Positions 63,529-64,000 of a stretch of 64,000 bases of DNA are shown in pieces. The notes beneath the pieces were generated by a model, which ran no database searches, had not been told where the DNA came from, and saw only the letters and a program-made list of their open reading frames with translations. The DNA is from an uncultured Eubacteriales bacterium (lineage in GTDB: Bacteria; Bacillota; Clostridia; Christensenellales; Aristaeellaceae): contig CAUDEL010000005.1 of NCBI GenBank assembly GCA_958448555.1, positions 18,404 to 82,403 on the forward strand. The letters are read 5' to 3'. Within the stretch, counting starts at the first letter, position 1. The number at the start of each line of letters is the position of its first letter. A program made the position numbers and the translations under genes.

Positions 63529-64000
63529 TGGCGATACCTAAACGGTCATACTGGCTTCGGGAAGTAGTGACAGAGGCAGGAACAAGCTATCATATCAGTT
63601 TTCGTGATGGGCAGGGAAAAATCCAAAAGCTGTGCGTATCCTATGACTTCTATATGGCGTTTCGGAGACTGGAACTTGACGAAAGGAAAATTGAGGGTTG
63701 GGATTACCGTCACAGGGAGTTTTCGGAAATTATGGAGGAAACTCTGAACTGGCGGGCGGTAAGACAGCCTAAAAGCATTGAGGAGGTTATTCTTGAGGAA
63801 GAACGGGCAGAACTGCTCCAGAGGATTATCAGCAAGCTGCCAGAAATGCAAAGGCGGCGTTTCCTGCTCCACTATGAGTATGAAATGACTTATAAAGAGA
63901 TAGGGAAAATCGAGCATTGCAGCCAACAATCCGTAGGTCGTGCTGTAACTGCCGCCAGAGAAAAGATAAAGGCGGAGATGAAGAAATACCTAAACGCATG
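63529..64000 (+). CDS. Second sigma-70 region-4/HTH protein, truncated by the window end
   Basis: ATG lies 9 nt after AGGAGG. The frame is open for 157 codons to the window edge, so it is absent from the ORF track. It contains RRRFLLHYEYEMTYKEIGKIEHCSQQSVGRAVTAAREKIK. Confidence 0.7.

Noticed and set aside
63546-63929. 127-aa minus-strand ORF
   Set aside because: It is antisense to the RBS-preceded, HTH-containing plus-strand gene that runs off the window.

Overview
The window has two very different parts. Positions 1 to about 42,900 are strongly GC-rich chromosomal backbone, probably from a GC-rich Clostridia-type Firmicute (inference). Recognisable genes include a nucleoside/sugar-type ABC importer, fba, tsaD, prfB, secA, asnA, rpiB and glmM, an OmpR/PhoR-type two-component system, two ECF sigma/anti-sigma pairs, and many secreted or membrane-anchored proteins of unclear function. 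Long antisense ORFs in this part are GC artefacts. From about 42,930 to 64,000 GC drops visibly and the content becomes a mosaic of mobile DNA. It holds a decayed IS3-family element inserted into a relaxase relic, an orphan 3' half of tRNA-Arg(ACG) that looks like an att scar, and an AT-rich accessory block with a compact SF2 helicase, XRE regulators and unknown membrane and small proteins. It also holds a mobilisable-element core (small serine recombinase, ArdC-like, AAA_25 ATPase, MobV relaxase, ParB-like, PC4/YdbC-like, large serine recombinase, TnpV). The last part is a very AT-rich LytTR/DUF3021/membrane/KTR cassette followed by two sigma-like regulators that run off the window. I found no CRISPR array, reverse transcriptase or complete RNA gene. 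No single complete novel system can be proven from sequence alone. The best leads are listed here.
- A roughly 200-bp structured repeat is present in two inverted copies, and one copy sits exactly at the island boundary.
- A short protein carries all three [FeFe]-hydrogenase H-cluster motifs and lies next to an ECF sigma module.
- Inverted 9-bp-unit repeat clusters and hairpins lie just upstream of the relaxase gene.
- A sortase-B-like protein has substituted catalytic residues.
- Several unlisted small ORFs and in-frame TAG interruptions are present.
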